Assembly: GCA_943788175.1 (NCBI GenBank)
Contig: CALSPG010000005.1
Span: 519,250 to 583,249, forward strand
Direction of reading: 5' to 3'
Length of the DNA stretch: 64,000 bases
From: an uncultured bacterium
GTDB lineage: Bacteria; Fidelibacterota; Marinisomatia; Marinisomatales; UBA1611
The translations under genes and the position numbers were made by a program. The notes under the pieces are model-generated. The model was not told where the DNA came from. It was given only the letters and a program-made list of their open reading frames with translations, and did no database searches. Shown here one piece after another: positions 63,741 through 64,000 of the stretch. Within the stretch, counting starts at the first letter, position 1; each line of letters opens with the position of its first letter.

Positions 63741-64000
63741 ATGTCGCTCTTAAAACCTGCAATTAGTATAGTCACTCCTACATTCAACCGCAAAGATGAG
63801 TTAGCTCATTTGATTAATTCGCTGAATGACCAAACTTTAGAGCCTAAGTATTTTGAGATGATAATTTGTGATGATGGTTCTACTGATGGAACAGAGGAGC
63901 ATATTAAAAAGTGGCAAATGGATGTTCAGTTTGATATTATTTATATTTTTCAAAAAAATCTTGGTCCTAGTTTTGCAAGGAACAAAGCAGTTGAGAGTTC
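63741..64000 (+). CDS. GT2 glycosyltransferase, 5' part (runs off the window)
   Basis: MSLLKPAISIVTPTFNRKDEL..MIICDDGSTDGT..NLGPSFARN. Confidence 0.85.
   Translation, partial: MSLLKPAISIVTPTFNRKDELAHLINSLNDQTLEPKYFEMIICDDGSTDGTEEHIKKWQMDVQFDIIYIFQKNLGPSFARNKAVES

Overview
AT-rich bacterial chromosome segment with every credible gene on the + strand. Gene content (C-terminal T9SS-type sorting domains, PorV/PorQ-family barrels, porX next to tsaE) points to the FCB superphylum; a marine Marinimicrobia (SAR406)-like organism is my best guess, not verified by a search. Order: tig-clpP-clpX; a ~26 kb surface/secreted-protein locus (acidic lipoprotein, TonB-dependent receptor, two cargo+PorV cassettes with a near-identical ~1.05 kb repeat, then five YPNPFNP-type CTD proteins including two M43 metalloproteases sharing a near-identical ~1.63 kb 3' part); a complete rRNA operon (16S-tRNAIle-tRNAAla-23S-5S); a secreted protein-FecR-OM barrel-CHASE2 adenylate cyclase-porX module running into tsaE-tsaB-rimI-accD-surE-guaA; an AT-rich MORN-repeat/hypothetical block; then LpoA-like, pgeF, uppP, holA, ECF sigma/anti-sigma, a GGDEF protein, TPR, LolB-like and two GT2 genes. 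About nine small indels, including in clpX and holA, are best read as long-read consensus errors rather than pseudogenes. Best candidates for an undescribed system: the TBDR-linked cargo+dedicated-PorV cassettes carrying a distinct C-terminal signal, and the trans-envelope adenylate cyclase module joined to porX.
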